A stretch of DNA of 35,039 bases from an uncultured Gammaproteobacteria bacterium (GTDB lineage: Bacteria > Patescibacteriota > Patescibacteriia > UBA2196 > GWA2-42-15): NCBI GenBank assembly GCA_964628705.1, contig CAZVLW010000003.1, forward strand, positions 1-35,039, given 5' to 3'. The notes under the pieces were generated by a model. The model was not told where the DNA came from and did no database searches. It was given only the letters and a program-made list of their open reading frames with translations. The position numbers and the translations under genes were made by a program. Positions 8,823-20,303 of the stretch are shown here, in pieces (position 1 is the first letter of the stretch; each line of letters starts with the position of its first letter).

Positions 8823-9248
8823 CTAACTGTTAATTGTTTTTCTTCTTCGTCTGACTACTTTTAATCTAGCTAATTCTTTTTGGAGTTTGGCTGCCACCAT
8901 TGCATAATCAGCTTCATCTACTTGTTTTTCTCTAAGTAATTTTTCAGCTCGCTGCCTTGCTTCTTCTGCTCTGGCCTCATCGATTTCTTCAGCATATTCG
9001 GCAGTATCTGCTAAAATCACCAATTGATTAGGTAAAACTTCTACAAAGCCCCCTGAAACAGCCATCCAATTTTCTTCTTGGCCATCTTTTTTTACCCCTA
9101 TCTCTCCAGCGGATAATTGACTCACTAAAGGAATATGATGTGGCAGAATTGTAATTTGCCCCATTGTGGTATTTAAAGAAACCTGACTTACTTCATCAGA
9201 TAAAACTACTTTTTCTGGTGTTACAATTTTTAATTTTAATTTATCCAT
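8823..9248 (-). CDS. atpC: ATP synthase epsilon subunit
   Basis: IVTPEK, GQITILPHHIPL, VSGGFVEV, ILADTAE. Confidence 0.97.
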   Translation of the reverse strand: MDKLKLKIVTPEKVVLSDEVSQVSLNTTMGQITILPHHIPLVSQLSAGEIGVKKDGQEENWMAVSGGFVEVLPNQLVILADTAEYAEEIDEARAEEARQRAEKLLREKQVDEADYAMVAAKLQKELARLKVVRRRRKTINS

Positions 9249-9269
9249 ACACTTAAAAATTTATAAATT

Positions 9270-10658
<1,389 letters not shown>

Positions 10659-10730
10659 TTATCTTTAATTACTAAATTAAATTTAAAATTAAAATCTTAT
10701 ATTTTATTTTTTATATTTAACATTTTATAG

Positions 10731-11024
10731 TTATTCTAGTGCCGCCGAGCCGCTTGCAATTTCAGCTAATTCACTAGTAATTGTCGCTTGACGCGCTTTA
10801 TTATAAGCCAAAGTTAAATCTTCTATCATCTCTTCTGCTGCTTCGTTAGCATTTCGCATAGCCATCATACGCGCTGAGTGCTCAGATGCTTCACTTTCAA
10901 GTACCGCTTGATAAACTTGAACCTCTACTAAACGCGGCAAAAAAGCATCTAATAAATCTTGTGTTGAGGGCTCAAATACATAGTCAGAAAAATCAAGCTC
11001 TTTGGCAGACCCTTCATTTAACAC
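10731..11024 (-). CDS. atpG: ATP synthase gamma subunit, C-terminal part (split by frameshift)
   Basis: [39 protein letters not shown]. Confidence 0.9.
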   Translation of the reverse strand: MLNEGSAKELDFSDYVFEPSTQDLLDAFLPRLVEVQVYQAVLESEASEHSARMMAMRNANEAAEEMIEDLTLAYNKARQATITSELAEIASGSAALE

Positions 11025-11650
11025 TGAAACCTCATGGCTGATATGACCAATCTTTTATCAACTTCAGGCTCAATCGGCAAAATTTGCTTGACATGGGGAT
11101 ATTGCTTCAAGGCAGATTCGTAATCAGTATAAGCTACAAAAACCTTGTTATACTCTTTTTCCTTAAATCCCTTGACTGCCATATTTACCACTGGACGAAT
11201 AGTAAGAGAGTTGTAAGTAATATCTTCTTTTTCAAAATCTGCTACAATCTTTAAACTCCTGCGTTTAGCTTCTGCTCCAGCTTTTGCCCCTAAAGTTAAT
11301 ATATCTGTATGGCGTTTTTCAGGATAATGCAACTTGATTGACTCCTCTACTTTATCAGCTAACTGGGTATTGAAACTGCCACACAAACCACGATTTGCGC
11401 TAATCATAATAATAGCTACCCTATCCACCCTTTTGGGCACTTCAAAAAAAGGATGGCTTTGTCGCTCAATCTTCTTAGCTAAATGCATCACTGTCTGCCA
11501 AGCTAAATCAGCATAAGCACGGGAAGCCAAAACTCTTTCAACCGCTCTTTGCATTTTAGCTGCTGAAACCATTTCCATAGCCTTGGTAATCTTTTGAGTA
11601 TTACCAACTGACTTAATTCTTCTTTTGATGTCACGTGTACCTTTTGGCAT
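11018..11650 (-). CDS. atpG: ATP synthase gamma subunit, N-terminal part (ends in an out-of-frame tail)
   Basis: [33 protein letters not shown]; start at ATG 11650 (MPKG). Confidence 0.9.
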   Translation of the reverse strand: MPKGTRDIKRRIKSVGNTQKITKAMEMVSAAKMQRAVERVLASRAYADLAWQTVMHLAKKIERQSHPFFEVPKRVDRVAIIMISANRGLCGSFNTQLADKVEESIKLHYPEKRHTDILTLGAKAGAEAKRRSLKIVADFEKEDITYNSLTIRPVVNMAVKGFKEKEYNKVFVAYTDYESALKQYPHVKQILPIEPEVDKRLVISAMRFQC

Positions 11651-11712
11651 ACCAATCAATTAAAAATAAATTAATAAATTTTTACCTAAATAATATTTAC
11701 TCTAACCTTCAT

Positions 11713-13248
11713 TTATTCACCCGCCTTTTCCTCCTCTTTATATCCAGTATTAACCAACTCTTCAATTAATTGTTTCAATTTTTTTTCATTTTCTTCACTC
11801 AACTCCCCACTCTTTTCAATTTGCTTTAGTAAATCAGGTGCTTCCGCATCCAACTTGCTGTATAAATCCTCTTCAAAATCACTAATTTTATCCACTGGCA
11901 CCACATCAACTAAACCTTGGGTGGCCGCATATAAAATAGCTACCTGTTTGGCTTGTGGTAATGGATTATATTGGCCTTGTTTTAAAATTTCAGTCACCCT
12001 TTTCCCTCTCTCTAATTGTTTTTTAGTTTTTTCATCAAGATCAGAGCCAAATTGGGCAAAAGCTTCCAACTCCCTAAACTGGGCTAAATCCAATTTAAGC
12101 TTGCCTGCTACTTTTTTCATAGCTTTAATCTGAGCGGCTGAACCAACTCTAGAAACAGACAATCCCGTATTCAATGCTGGCCTTACCCCTTTATAAAATA
12201 AATCCGTTTCAAGAAAAATTTGTCCATCAGTAATAGAAATCACATTTGTTGGAATATATGCAGAGATATCACCAGCTTGAGTTTCAATAATAGGCAAAGC
12301 CGTCAACGAGCCACCCCCATACTTATCACTCATTTTAGCCGCGCGCTCCAACAAACGTGAATGAAGATAAAATACATCACCCGGATACGCTTCCCTACCC
12401 GGCGGTCTTCGCAAAAGCAAAGCCATCTGTCTATAAGCTACGGCATGCTTGGATAAATCATCATAGACCACCAAAACGTCTTTACCTTTATCCATAAAAT
12501 ACTCCCCCATAGAGCAACCCGCGTATGGCGCAATATATGAAAGAGCAGCTGAATCAGAAGCCCCTGCCAGCACCACGGTAGTGTGTTCCATAGCGCCAGC
12601 CTCTTCTAATTTAGAAACTATTTTAGCCACTTTTGATTCCTTTTGTCCTATAGCTACATAAATACAAATCACATCTTTGCCTTTTTGGTTAATAATAGCA
12701 TCAATTGCTAAAGCAGTTTTACCAGTCTGCCTGTCGCCAATAATTAGCTCTCTTTGCCCTCGCCCAATAGGAATAATGGAATCAATCACTTTCACGCCTG
12801 TCTTTAAGGGTTCTTTAACTGATTCACGCGTAATTACACCGGGTGCAATCTTTTCTACTGGATAAACTTCACTGCTCTGAATATCCCCCTTGCCGTCTAA
12901 CGACTCTCCCAAAGGGTTGATTACCCTACCCTGGACCGCTTCTCCGACCGGAACTTCTAAAATTCTCTTAGTTTGCCTAACTTTATCACCTTCCCGTAAT
13001 TTTTCATACTCACCCAAAATAATCGCACCAATTGAATGTTCTTCTAAGTTTAGCGCTACACCATAAACCTTATCTCCATCTGCCGACTCAAATTCAAGCA
13101 TTTCCGATGATGACGCATTGTGTAAACCGCTTATTTTAGCAATCCCATCCCCTATTTCAATTACTTCACCAATTGATTCCTCTTTAACTTGGGGCTGCCA
13201 ATTATCTAACTGCTGTTTAAGACTTTTTATTAAATAATCATGAGGCAT
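11713..13248 (-). CDS. atpA: ATP synthase alpha subunit
   Basis: [30 protein letters not shown]. Confidence 0.99.
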   Translation of the reverse strand: MPHDYLIKSLKQQLDNWQPQVKEESIGEVIEIGDGIAKISGLHNASSSEMLEFESADGDKVYGVALNLEEHSIGAIILGEYEKLREGDKVRQTKRILEVPVGEAVQGRVINPLGESLDGKGDIQSSEVYPVEKIAPGVITRESVKEPLKTGVKVIDSIIPIGRGQRELIIGDRQTGKTALAIDAIINQKGKDVICIYVAIGQKESKVAKIVSKLEEAGAMEHTTVVLAGASDSAALSYIAPYAGCSMGEYFMDKGKDVLVVYDDLSKHAVAYRQMALLLRRPPGREAYPGDVFYLHSRLLERAAKMSDKYGGGSLTALPIIETQAGDISAYIPTNVISITDGQIFLETDLFYKGVRPALNTGLSVSRVGSAAQIKAMKKVAGKLKLDLAQFRELEAFAQFGSDLDEKTKKQLERGKRVTEILKQGQYNPLPQAKQVAILYAATQGLVDVVPVDKISDFEEDLYSKLDAEAPDLLKQIEKSGELSEENEKKLKQLIEELVNTGYKEEEKAGE

Positions 13249-13259
13249 AATATTCTAAT

Positions 13260-13664
13260 TTAAGTTGATAATTGATTAACTAAATTATTCAGTTGGCGAT
13301 TCAAGCTCAAATCTATCAATTTATCTTGATAACGAACAACTAAACCGCCTAAAATATTTTTATCTAAATTTTGCTCAATGAATACCTTGTTTTTATTCCT
13401 ACTTTCTAAAAATGTCTTGATTTTATTTAATTCACCCTCATCTAACTCATGCCTGCTATCAATCCTTGCCTTAAATAAACCCTTAGCGCGACGATCTAAA
13501 AACTTAACTTGCTCGATCACTTTAGGCAATAAATACTCTAAATGTTTGCTCACTAAATAATTACAAAATCTTAACACCAAATCTTGGGTCTGCTGTTGAT
13601 CCTTATGACGACTAAGGTCATACAGGGCTTTAGCTAAAATTTGTATCTGCTCACTTTGTTTCAT
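13260..13664 (-). CDS. atpH: ATP synthase delta subunit (short)
   Basis: LAKALY at the N-terminus, DKNILGGLVVRYQDKLIDLSL at the C-terminus; lies between atpF and atpA. Confidence 0.9.
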   Translation of the reverse strand: MKQSEQIQILAKALYDLSRHKDQQQTQDLVLRFCNYLVSKHLEYLLPKVIEQVKFLDRRAKGLFKARIDSRHELDEGELNKIKTFLESRNKNKVFIEQNLDKNILGGLVVRYQDKLIDLSLNRQLNNLVNQLST

Positions 13665-13669
13665 AAAAG

Positions 13670-14164
13670 TTACTTAACTTTTTTAATCACTTCATCAATA
13701 TATTGGCGATCAACCCCTTTGGAAAACTTCTCAGTCAGTATCTTCTCTAGAGCACTTGAAACCAATTCAGCCAATTCTTCTTTAGCTCCGTCCAGCATAG
13801 CTTTATGCTCCGCTTTTATCCTCTCCTCTGCCCGCTTCATCATTTGCTCAACCTCTGCCCTGGTTTTTTCCATTTCCTCTTTTTTAATCTGACTGGCGTG
13901 CTGGTTGGCTGAATCTATAATCTTCTGCGCCTCTAAGCGCGCTTGCTTAAATTTCTCTTCAACTTCCTGCTCCACCTGAATCAATCTTTGTCGCGCTTCC
14001 TCAGCATCATCTAACCCTTTTTTAATCTCAGCATTTCTTTTATCCATAGTTTTTATCAAGGGTTTAATAGCAAATCTCCATAATACAAAAACAACTATCA
14101 AAAAATTAATTAACTGAGCCAGCATTAATTTCCAGTCAATACCAAAAAGTTCTAAAATTTCCAT
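13670..14164 (-). CDS. atpF: ATP synthase b subunit
   Basis: AQLINFLI transmembrane helix followed by KP...R and a long charged coiled coil. Confidence 0.96.
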   Translation of the reverse strand: MEILELFGIDWKLMLAQLINFLIVVFVLWRFAIKPLIKTMDKRNAEIKKGLDDAEEARQRLIQVEQEVEEKFKQARLEAQKIIDSANQHASQIKKEEMEKTRAEVEQMMKRAEERIKAEHKAMLDGAKEELAELVSSALEKILTEKFSKGVDRQYIDEVIKKVK

Positions 14165-14252
14165 AATAATTTATTAATTATTTATAATGATTACCTGATT
14201 GAATGGCTAAATAGCCAATCTGCCATTTAGCCATCTAAACCAAGTAAACATT

Positions 14253-14540
<288 letters not shown>

Positions 14541-14589
14541 TTAATAATTAAATCAATATACATTTTTGGTAAATTCTATTTTGCTTTTT

Positions 14590-15483
14590 TTAATGTTCAT
14601 GCTCCATACTGGCAATAGTAAAATAAACCAAAGTTAACACAGCAAAAATTAATGCCTGCACCAAGCCCACAATAATTTCCAAAAACATAAATGGCAAGGG
14701 CACTAAATAAGCCGCCATGGCCGCGATCGCTCCTAACAGCACCTCTCCTGCAAAGATAATACCAAACAACCTAAATGACAAGGAAGCAACCTTGGCCACC
14801 TCTCCAATAATCTCAATTAATCCTACAAAAAAGTTTATGGGATTAACTAAAACCACCGTTGGATCACTGGTTATTTTCTTAGGAATAGCAGCCAGTGCTT
14901 TTAAATTTATAAATTTGTTAAAATAATTCCAAACACCAACTATCATCACCCCAAAAACATTAGCCGCCAATACCGCAAACAATCCTAAAGCTAAAGTAGT
15001 ATTTAAATCAGCCGTACCCCCTCTAAAAATATGATGTCCATCAAAACTAATAGAACCGACTCCCGGAATTAAACCCAACCAATTATTTATTAAAATAAAT
15101 ACAAACACAGGAAAAACAATCGGAAATATTTTTTTACTCCTTACCCTGTCATTTGTCACTAAATCCATCATAGATAATGCCCCTTCTACAATTTTTTCTA
15201 CCATAGCTTGAAATACTCCGGGAATTTTTTTTATTTTAAATCGAATCACTACAGATAAAATAATAATTAAAAAAACTGCCAACCAAGACGTAAGCAGTGT
15301 ATTTGTTACTGGAAAATCATTTATATGAAAAACAGTAGTGGCCTTTAGGGTTAACTCGTGCCCCTCTTCATGGCTTTCTCCATCTGTTGCCATATGATTA
15401 TCCTGATGCTCGTCAATTCCCGATACATCATTTGCTATCTGATTTTGTTTAATACTATGGCTGTCAACGTCGTTTGAACTCAT
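14590..15483 (-). CDS. atpB: ATP synthase a subunit with His/acidic N-terminal extension
   Basis: NWLGLIPG, TADLNTT, SLSFRLFGIIFAGE, VQALIFAVL. Confidence 0.97.
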   Translation of the reverse strand: MSSNDVDSHSIKQNQIANDVSGIDEHQDNHMATDGESHEEGHELTLKATTVFHINDFPVTNTLLTSWLAVFLIIILSVVIRFKIKKIPGVFQAMVEKIVEGALSMMDLVTNDRVRSKKIFPIVFPVFVFILINNWLGLIPGVGSISFDGHHIFRGGTADLNTTLALGLFAVLAANVFGVMIVGVWNYFNKFINLKALAAIPKKITSDPTVVLVNPINFFVGLIEIIGEVAKVASLSFRLFGIIFAGEVLLGAIAAMAAYLVPLPFMFLEIIVGLVQALIFAVLTLVYFTIASMEHEH

Positions 15484-15530
15484 GTATAAATATCCTTATC
15501 TTTAAGTATTATTTGATGATTAATAATATT

Positions 15531-15890
15531 CTAATGTTTTCCTTTATCTTTTATATCAAGCTGAGTTTTTTTACTTTGCCTATCCTCATGGCTATCAATG
15601 AGTTTAATATATTTTACCCCGGTAATAGCAACACCTACGCTTGAAATAACAAATGCCACTATAGTTAACCCTATAGAAAATAGGGGTTCGCTATCAAATC
15701 TATCATCTAAAAAATTACCCGCCAACAGAGCCACTAAAACAGGACCCGCTATCCAACCCGTTGATTCTGCAAACACCTTCATACCCAACTGCCACCAATA
15801 TTGTTTGTCCGCCTCAGATCTCCGCTTGCTATGCTTTAAATCAACATCATCTTGTTTGTCTGTATTATCTTTATTATCTTCAAGGTACAT
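15531..15890 (-). CDS. AtpZ/AtpI-family (ATPase gene 1) membrane protein
   Basis: Two hydrophobic helices around GNFLDDRFDSEP; first gene of the atp operon; start uncertain (track gives 15932). Confidence 0.8.
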   Translation of the reverse strand: MYLEDNKDNTDKQDDVDLKHSKRRSEADKQYWWQLGMKVFAESTGWIAGPVLVALLAGNFLDDRFDSEPLFSIGLTIVAFVISSVGVAITGVKYIKLIDSHEDRQSKKTQLDIKDKGKH

Positions 15891-15974
15891 ATTTTTAAAA
15901 TAAATTGAGTCAAGCAAAAAATAATCCCACAATGGGAATATAATTTATTTATCCACAACTGTTCTAATATTTAT

Positions 15975-16003
15975 ATTTTAGACCGTTTTTTTTAACCAGT
16001 CAA
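15975..16003 (-). promoter_or_regulatory. sigma70 promoter of the atp operon
   Basis: TTGACT (15998-16003), 17 bp, TAAAAT (15975-15980). Confidence 0.65.
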
Positions 16004-16048
16004 GACCCTGAAAAAATAAGAACATCCAGCTATACAGGACCGAAATGT

Positions 16049-16141
16049 TTACCACATTCTTTTTTTGTTAACTCCCTTGTTATACCTCCAATAACAGTAG
16101 CCAACCACGGCTACCGCTAAGACAACTAAAAATGTCTCTAT
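16049..16141 (-). CDS. Putative 30-aa single-TM peptide with ATA at the start position
   Basis: AAGGAGGTGA SD (16147-16156) followed by ATA-ETFLVVLAVAVVGYCYWRYNKGVNKKRMW. Confidence 0.45.
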   Translation of the reverse strand: METFLVVLAVAVVGYCYWRYNKGVNKKRMW

Positions 16142-16360
16142 AAAAATCACCTCCTTTTTGCTTTTTAATTTGCCAATATCAATTTTTATTAAAATATATT
16201 TACCACTCATTACAATAAAACAACCGTTCTTTTTTTTAGAAACGACCAAAAAAACAGATATAATCTGCCTGGGCTATTTAATTTAGTGGTACTAAACTTG
16301 CTAATTCCATATTATCAATAACACCTTGAAATAATTTACTAATCATGTCAAATTTACAAT

Positions 16361-17404
16361 TTACTGCTCAATTTTTGGCTTATCAATTTCCTCAACCTCA
16401 ATCCGCCGCTCAACTTCAGTTATTTTAGTCACGTCTTTATCAATTTTACCAAACTCCTTATACGCTTTGTTATACATATTGACTGTAGTGCCTAAATAAT
16501 TACCCATTTTTTTCATATATTCATCAAAACTAAGTAAGTGCTTAGCAAGTGCCTCTACCTTATGGCGGATTTCCTTGGCAGACTCTTCAATTTGTAATGC
16601 CTTTAATCCCTGTAAAACAGTCTGTAAATAAGCAAAAAATGAGGTGGGTGAAACTATAATCACGTGCTTATCCTTAAAAGCATACTCAATTAAATCACGA
16701 GTATTAACTTTGATTGCCCCAACTTGGTTAACCAATAAGTCATAATAAATTCCTTCAGCTGGAATAAACATAAATGCAAAATCCATAGTATTCTCCTTAG
16801 GTTTAATATATTTACTAGTTTCATCAATTCTAGACTTTAAATCAGCTTTAAATTTCTTTTCTAATTGTTCTTTGGTTGTTTTATCTTTTTCTTCAACTAA
16901 ACGGTTATAATTTTCCAAAGAGAATTTAGAATCAATTGGCACCATACGATCTTTAATAAAAATAACAGCATCCACTATCTCTCCATCTTCAAATTTATAC
17001 TGCATTTGATAAGAATTGGGCGGCAATACATTTTTAAGAACTGTTTCAAGATAATACTCTCCCAACACCCCTCTATGCTTCGGGTTTTGCAATACATTTT
17101 GGAGATTCTCCAACTGCTCAGTAAAACCTATGACTTGTTTATTGGTGGACTCCAATTTTTCCAACTTAGAGGTTACATCTTTAATAATATTACCCGTCTG
17201 CCATGATTGCTTTTGCAAAAACTCCAAATTTTTCTCCAAACTTCCTTTCATTTCTTCTTTAACTTTAGCCAACTCGTCGCGCATATCCTTAAATTGGCTA
17301 TCTTGACCCTCATCTTTACTGCCTTGACGTAAATTCAACCAAATTAAAACTATCAAAGCTATGACTATAACTGATAAAAATATAATTTGAAAAATAGATG
17401 TCAT
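16361..17404 (-). CDS. rmuC: DNA recombination protein RmuC
   Basis: N-terminal TM and coiled coil, RGVLGEYYLE, PIDSKFSLE, DFAFMFIPAEG, VSPTS. Confidence 0.93.
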   Translation of the reverse strand: MTSIFQIIFLSVIVIALIVLIWLNLRQGSKDEGQDSQFKDMRDELAKVKEEMKGSLEKNLEFLQKQSWQTGNIIKDVTSKLEKLESTNKQVIGFTEQLENLQNVLQNPKHRGVLGEYYLETVLKNVLPPNSYQMQYKFEDGEIVDAVIFIKDRMVPIDSKFSLENYNRLVEEKDKTTKEQLEKKFKADLKSRIDETSKYIKPKENTMDFAFMFIPAEGIYYDLLVNQVGAIKVNTRDLIEYAFKDKHVIIVSPTSFFAYLQTVLQGLKALQIEESAKEIRHKVEALAKHLLSFDEYMKKMGNYLGTTVNMYNKAYKEFGKIDKDVTKITEVERRIEVEEIDKPKIEQ

Positions 17405-17424
17405 AAAATAATAAAACTAATAAT

Positions 17425-17922
17425 TTAACTATTATTTAACTGTTTATCAAGATACTGCTGTAAGATAATTCTGGCAGACTCCTCATCGCGGCTATGGCTA
17501 TTTTTTGTTTTATCCGCCTCCAAACTAGACATTCTTTCATCCAGACTATGCACTATTATTTCGGTCTTAATTTCAAGTTCTTCAATAAAATAAGTTACCT
17601 CTTCAGTTTTTTTTGTATACTTACCACTTAGACCGAGGGGTAAACCCACCACTATCTTATCAATCAATTCCTGTTCACATATTTCCCTAATGCGCTCAAA
17701 AGTATTGCGCTTAACCTCTAAAGTATCATACACAAAAGCTTGCCTTTGAGATTCATCAGAAATGGCTAAACCTATGCGCTGAGCGCCATAATCAATACCT
17801 AAAATTTTACCACTACTCTTGGAACTGGTTTGCTTAAATTCATCTTCAGAAATATCTAAATAATCCAAAGCTTTTTTGCGCTCCTTTTGCAATTTAATTT
17901 TTTGACTATTTCGGTCAGACAT
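17425..17922 (-). CDS. ruvX: RuvX/YqgF family nuclease
   Basis: LGIDYGAQRIGLAISD, IVVGLP, DERMSS. Confidence 0.93.
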   Translation of the reverse strand: MSDRNSQKIKLQKERKKALDYLDISEDEFKQTSSKSSGKILGIDYGAQRIGLAISDESQRQAFVYDTLEVKRNTFERIREICEQELIDKIVVGLPLGLSGKYTKKTEEVTYFIEELEIKTEIIVHSLDERMSSLEADKTKNSHSRDEESARIILQQYLDKQLNNS

Positions 17923-17928
17923 ATAAAA

Positions 17929-18690
17929 TTAATTAATTAAAGTTGCTATTTCAGCGCCTTGTGGTGTAACTATCAAAGTGTTTTCATAATGCGCGCTTAA
18001 CAGTCCATCAACTGTCTCCACGCTCCATCCATCTTCACTAATTTGTAAATCATAACTACCTTGGCAAAGCATGGGTTCTATAGCTAAGACCATCCCCTCT
18101 TTTAACACCTGCCCCTGGCCCGGAGTCCCATAATTTGGCACCTTAGGCTCTTCGTGCACTTGATGGCCCACACCATGACCGGCTAAAGACCTAACTACTG
18201 AAAATCCCTGCCTCTCAGCAAATTGCTGAATAGTATAACCCACGTCACCTAAACTCACGCCCGGCTTAATTATATCTACTCCTTTAAAGAAAGACTCACG
18301 CGTAGCCATAATCAATTTTTGAGCCTCATCAGTTTTTTGGCCCACTTGAATAGTTCTGGCCATATCAGTTATCAGGCCATTCTTGAGAGGATATTGCATA
18401 CCAATATCAAAACCCACCACATCGCCGTCCTTTAAATACAATCCATTTTTAGGTATGCCATGGACTACCGCTTGATTAATAGAAACACATAAACTACCAG
18501 GAAAATTCTGATACCCCTTAAAAGCCGGTCTGCCGCCCGCTTTTCGTATCAGTTTTTCTGCTAAACTATCTAATTCTATAATCTCCTTGCCTACTTTAGC
18601 TTGCTGTAAAACCTGATCTAAAATCTCAGCCAATATTTTACCGCCTTCCTTTATTGTCTCAATTTCTTTTTGACTTTTGATTAACGCCAT
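17929..18690 (-). CDS. map: Type I methionine aminopeptidase
   Basis: VVHGIP, DMART, GHGVGHQVHEEP, AIEPM, SAHYENT. Confidence 0.97.
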   Translation of the reverse strand: MALIKSQKEIETIKEGGKILAEILDQVLQQAKVGKEIIELDSLAEKLIRKAGGRPAFKGYQNFPGSLCVSINQAVVHGIPKNGLYLKDGDVVGFDIGMQYPLKNGLITDMARTIQVGQKTDEAQKLIMATRESFFKGVDIIKPGVSLGDVGYTIQQFAERQGFSVVRSLAGHGVGHQVHEEPKVPNYGTPGQGQVLKEGMVLAIEPMLCQGSYDLQISEDGWSVETVDGLLSAHYENTLIVTPQGAEIATLIN

Positions 18691-18696
18691 AAATAT

Positions 18697-19329
18697 TTAA
18701 TCTTCTAAAATTTTAAAAATATCTTGGCTCACCGACTCAATCGGCTGCTCACCATTAATTTTATAATAAATACCACTTTCTTTATACCATTCTAAAACTG
18801 GTTTTGTTTTTTTATGATAATTTCTCAACCTCTCTTTTACCACTTCAGCTTGTTCGTCCCCGCGCACAACCAATCTACTGCCATCTTTATCGCACACATC
18901 TTTCTTTTGTGGGGGATTAGTTTGAATATGATAAACCGTTTGACATTCAGGGCATGTGCGCCTACCACTGATGCGCTTAACTGCCTCTTTGTCACTTATC
19001 TCTATTTCAAAAATATAGGTTAATCTTTCATAACTGTCTAAAAATTTGGCTTGGCTTAAATTGCGCGGATAACCATCTAAAATATACCCTTTTGGGGCTT
19101 GTTCGGTTATTTTTTCTTTGACAATTTTATTTACCATCTCATCTGGCACCAATTGACCTTGGTTTACCAATGCTTCTACCTGTCTGCCAAGCTCATCACC
19201 TTGGGATATTTTTTGTCTCAATATATTACCCGTAGAAAAAATAGGTAAATCAAATTTTTCTGATAAAATTTGGGCTTGCGTGCCCTTGCCAGACGCTTGT
19301 GGTCCTATTAAAAGAATTTTATATATCAT
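18697..19329 (-). CDS. adk: Adenylate kinase with Zn-type LID
   Basis: GPQASGKGTQA, ILDGYPRN, CPEC...CDKD; start moved to ATG 19329. Confidence 0.96.
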   Translation of the reverse strand: MIYKILLIGPQASGKGTQAQILSEKFDLPIFSTGNILRQKISQGDELGRQVEALVNQGQLVPDEMVNKIVKEKITEQAPKGYILDGYPRNLSQAKFLDSYERLTYIFEIEISDKEAVKRISGRRTCPECQTVYHIQTNPPQKKDVCDKDGSRLVVRGDEQAEVVKERLRNYHKKTKPVLEWYKESGIYYKINGEQPIESVSQDIFKILED

Positions 19330-19361
19330 AAAATAAAAATTGTAATTTAATCTATGCTTAA

Positions 19362-19979
19362 TCAATTATTTAAATTAAATTCACTTGCTAAATAATTAAC
19401 CAACTTATCCAAAGCTTTACGCCGATGACTAATTTTATTTTTTTCATCTTCACTCAACTCAGCTAAATGTCTATCTAAAAGTTGATAATAAAAAATAGGA
19501 TCATAGCCAAAATTATGACTGCCCTTGGGTTGAGTAGCAATAACGCCTTCACACCATCCCTCAAAAATTTGTATAGAATCATCTATTGGGTTAAATAAAG
19601 CTATCACAATTCTATATCTAGCTGTTCTTTGCTCAGAATCCACCCCCTCTAATTCAGTTAATAATTTAGTATTACGATGTTGACTATCTTTGCCATAACG
19701 AGCTGAATAAACTCCCGGCCGACTACCCAAAGCATCAACCTCCAAGCCTGAATCATCGGCCAATGTTAATATACCCGCTCGTTTGCCAAAACTCTTGGCC
19801 TTTAATATAACATTATCCTTATAACTCTGAGCAGTCTCTGCAACGTCAAAATCCTTATCAACACCAGCTTTATCCAAATCTATCAAATCCCAATCAAATA
19901 TACCCAAATCTTCTAAAATTTGATTAATTTCCTTTAATTTGTGACTATTTCTGGTGGCAATTAATAACTTTTTAGCCAT
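19362..19979 (-). CDS. rdgB: Non-canonical purine NTP pyrophosphatase (RdgB/HAM1)
   Basis: ATRNSHK, ADDSGLEVDAL, PGVYSARY, FGYDPIF, KNKISHR. Confidence 0.96.
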   Translation of the reverse strand: MAKKLLIATRNSHKLKEINQILEDLGIFDWDLIDLDKAGVDKDFDVAETAQSYKDNVILKAKSFGKRAGILTLADDSGLEVDALGSRPGVYSARYGKDSQHRNTKLLTELEGVDSEQRTARYRIVIALFNPIDDSIQIFEGWCEGVIATQPKGSHNFGYDPIFYYQLLDRHLAELSEDEKNKISHRRKALDKLVNYLASEFNLNN

Positions 19980-20090
19980 AAATAAATACTCAATACTAAA
20001 TTATAACTATCCAATGATCATTATTATGCTTTTATTCTAATTATATAAATATAATACTTTATACTGCTGGTGACAGCCATATATTACTTA

Positions 20091-20303
20091 CCATGGCATT
20101 TCTTGTACTTTTTTCCACTCCCACACCCGCCAATAAACTCGCGACGGGCAGGAGCCGCCCAAAGCTTCGCAGTCAGGCCTGTCCGCCTTACTACGCAAGC
20201 GTAGCGCAGCGTTGTAGGCGCGACGGGCAGGACTTGGATTATCCATCCCATTGCTATGCGTTACGCTCCATGGCATTTCTTGTACTTTTTTCCACTCCCA
20301 CAC
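20091..20303. repeat. 36-bp perfect direct repeat of the secA 3' end flanking a 141-bp GC-rich palindromic insert
   Basis: CCATGGCATTTCTTGTACTTTTTTCCACTCCCACAC at 20091-20126 and 20268-20303; internal 14-bp repeat CGCGACGGGCAGGA at 20140-20153 and 20219-20232. Confidence 0.95.

Noticed and set aside
14203-14234. ATGGCTAAAT/ATTTAGCCAT hairpin between atpE and atpF as a member of a repeat family
   Set aside because: Other ATGG(C/T)T...A(G/A)CCAT occurrences are too short and divergent; more simply an mRNA stability hairpin.
15949-15957. Perfect DnaA box TTATCCACA near the atp promoter
   Set aside because: Single copy; one such 9-mer is unsurprising in 35 kb of AT-rich DNA, and there is no oriC-like cluster.
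20024-20080. 18-codon ORF containing KYYIYII, reminiscent of a GIY-YIG nuclease start
   Set aside because: Too short, AT-rich low complexity, and no second motif.
20091-20303. CRISPR array (36-bp repeat)
   Set aside because: Only two copies, a 141-bp spacer, the repeat is secA coding sequence, and there are no cas genes.
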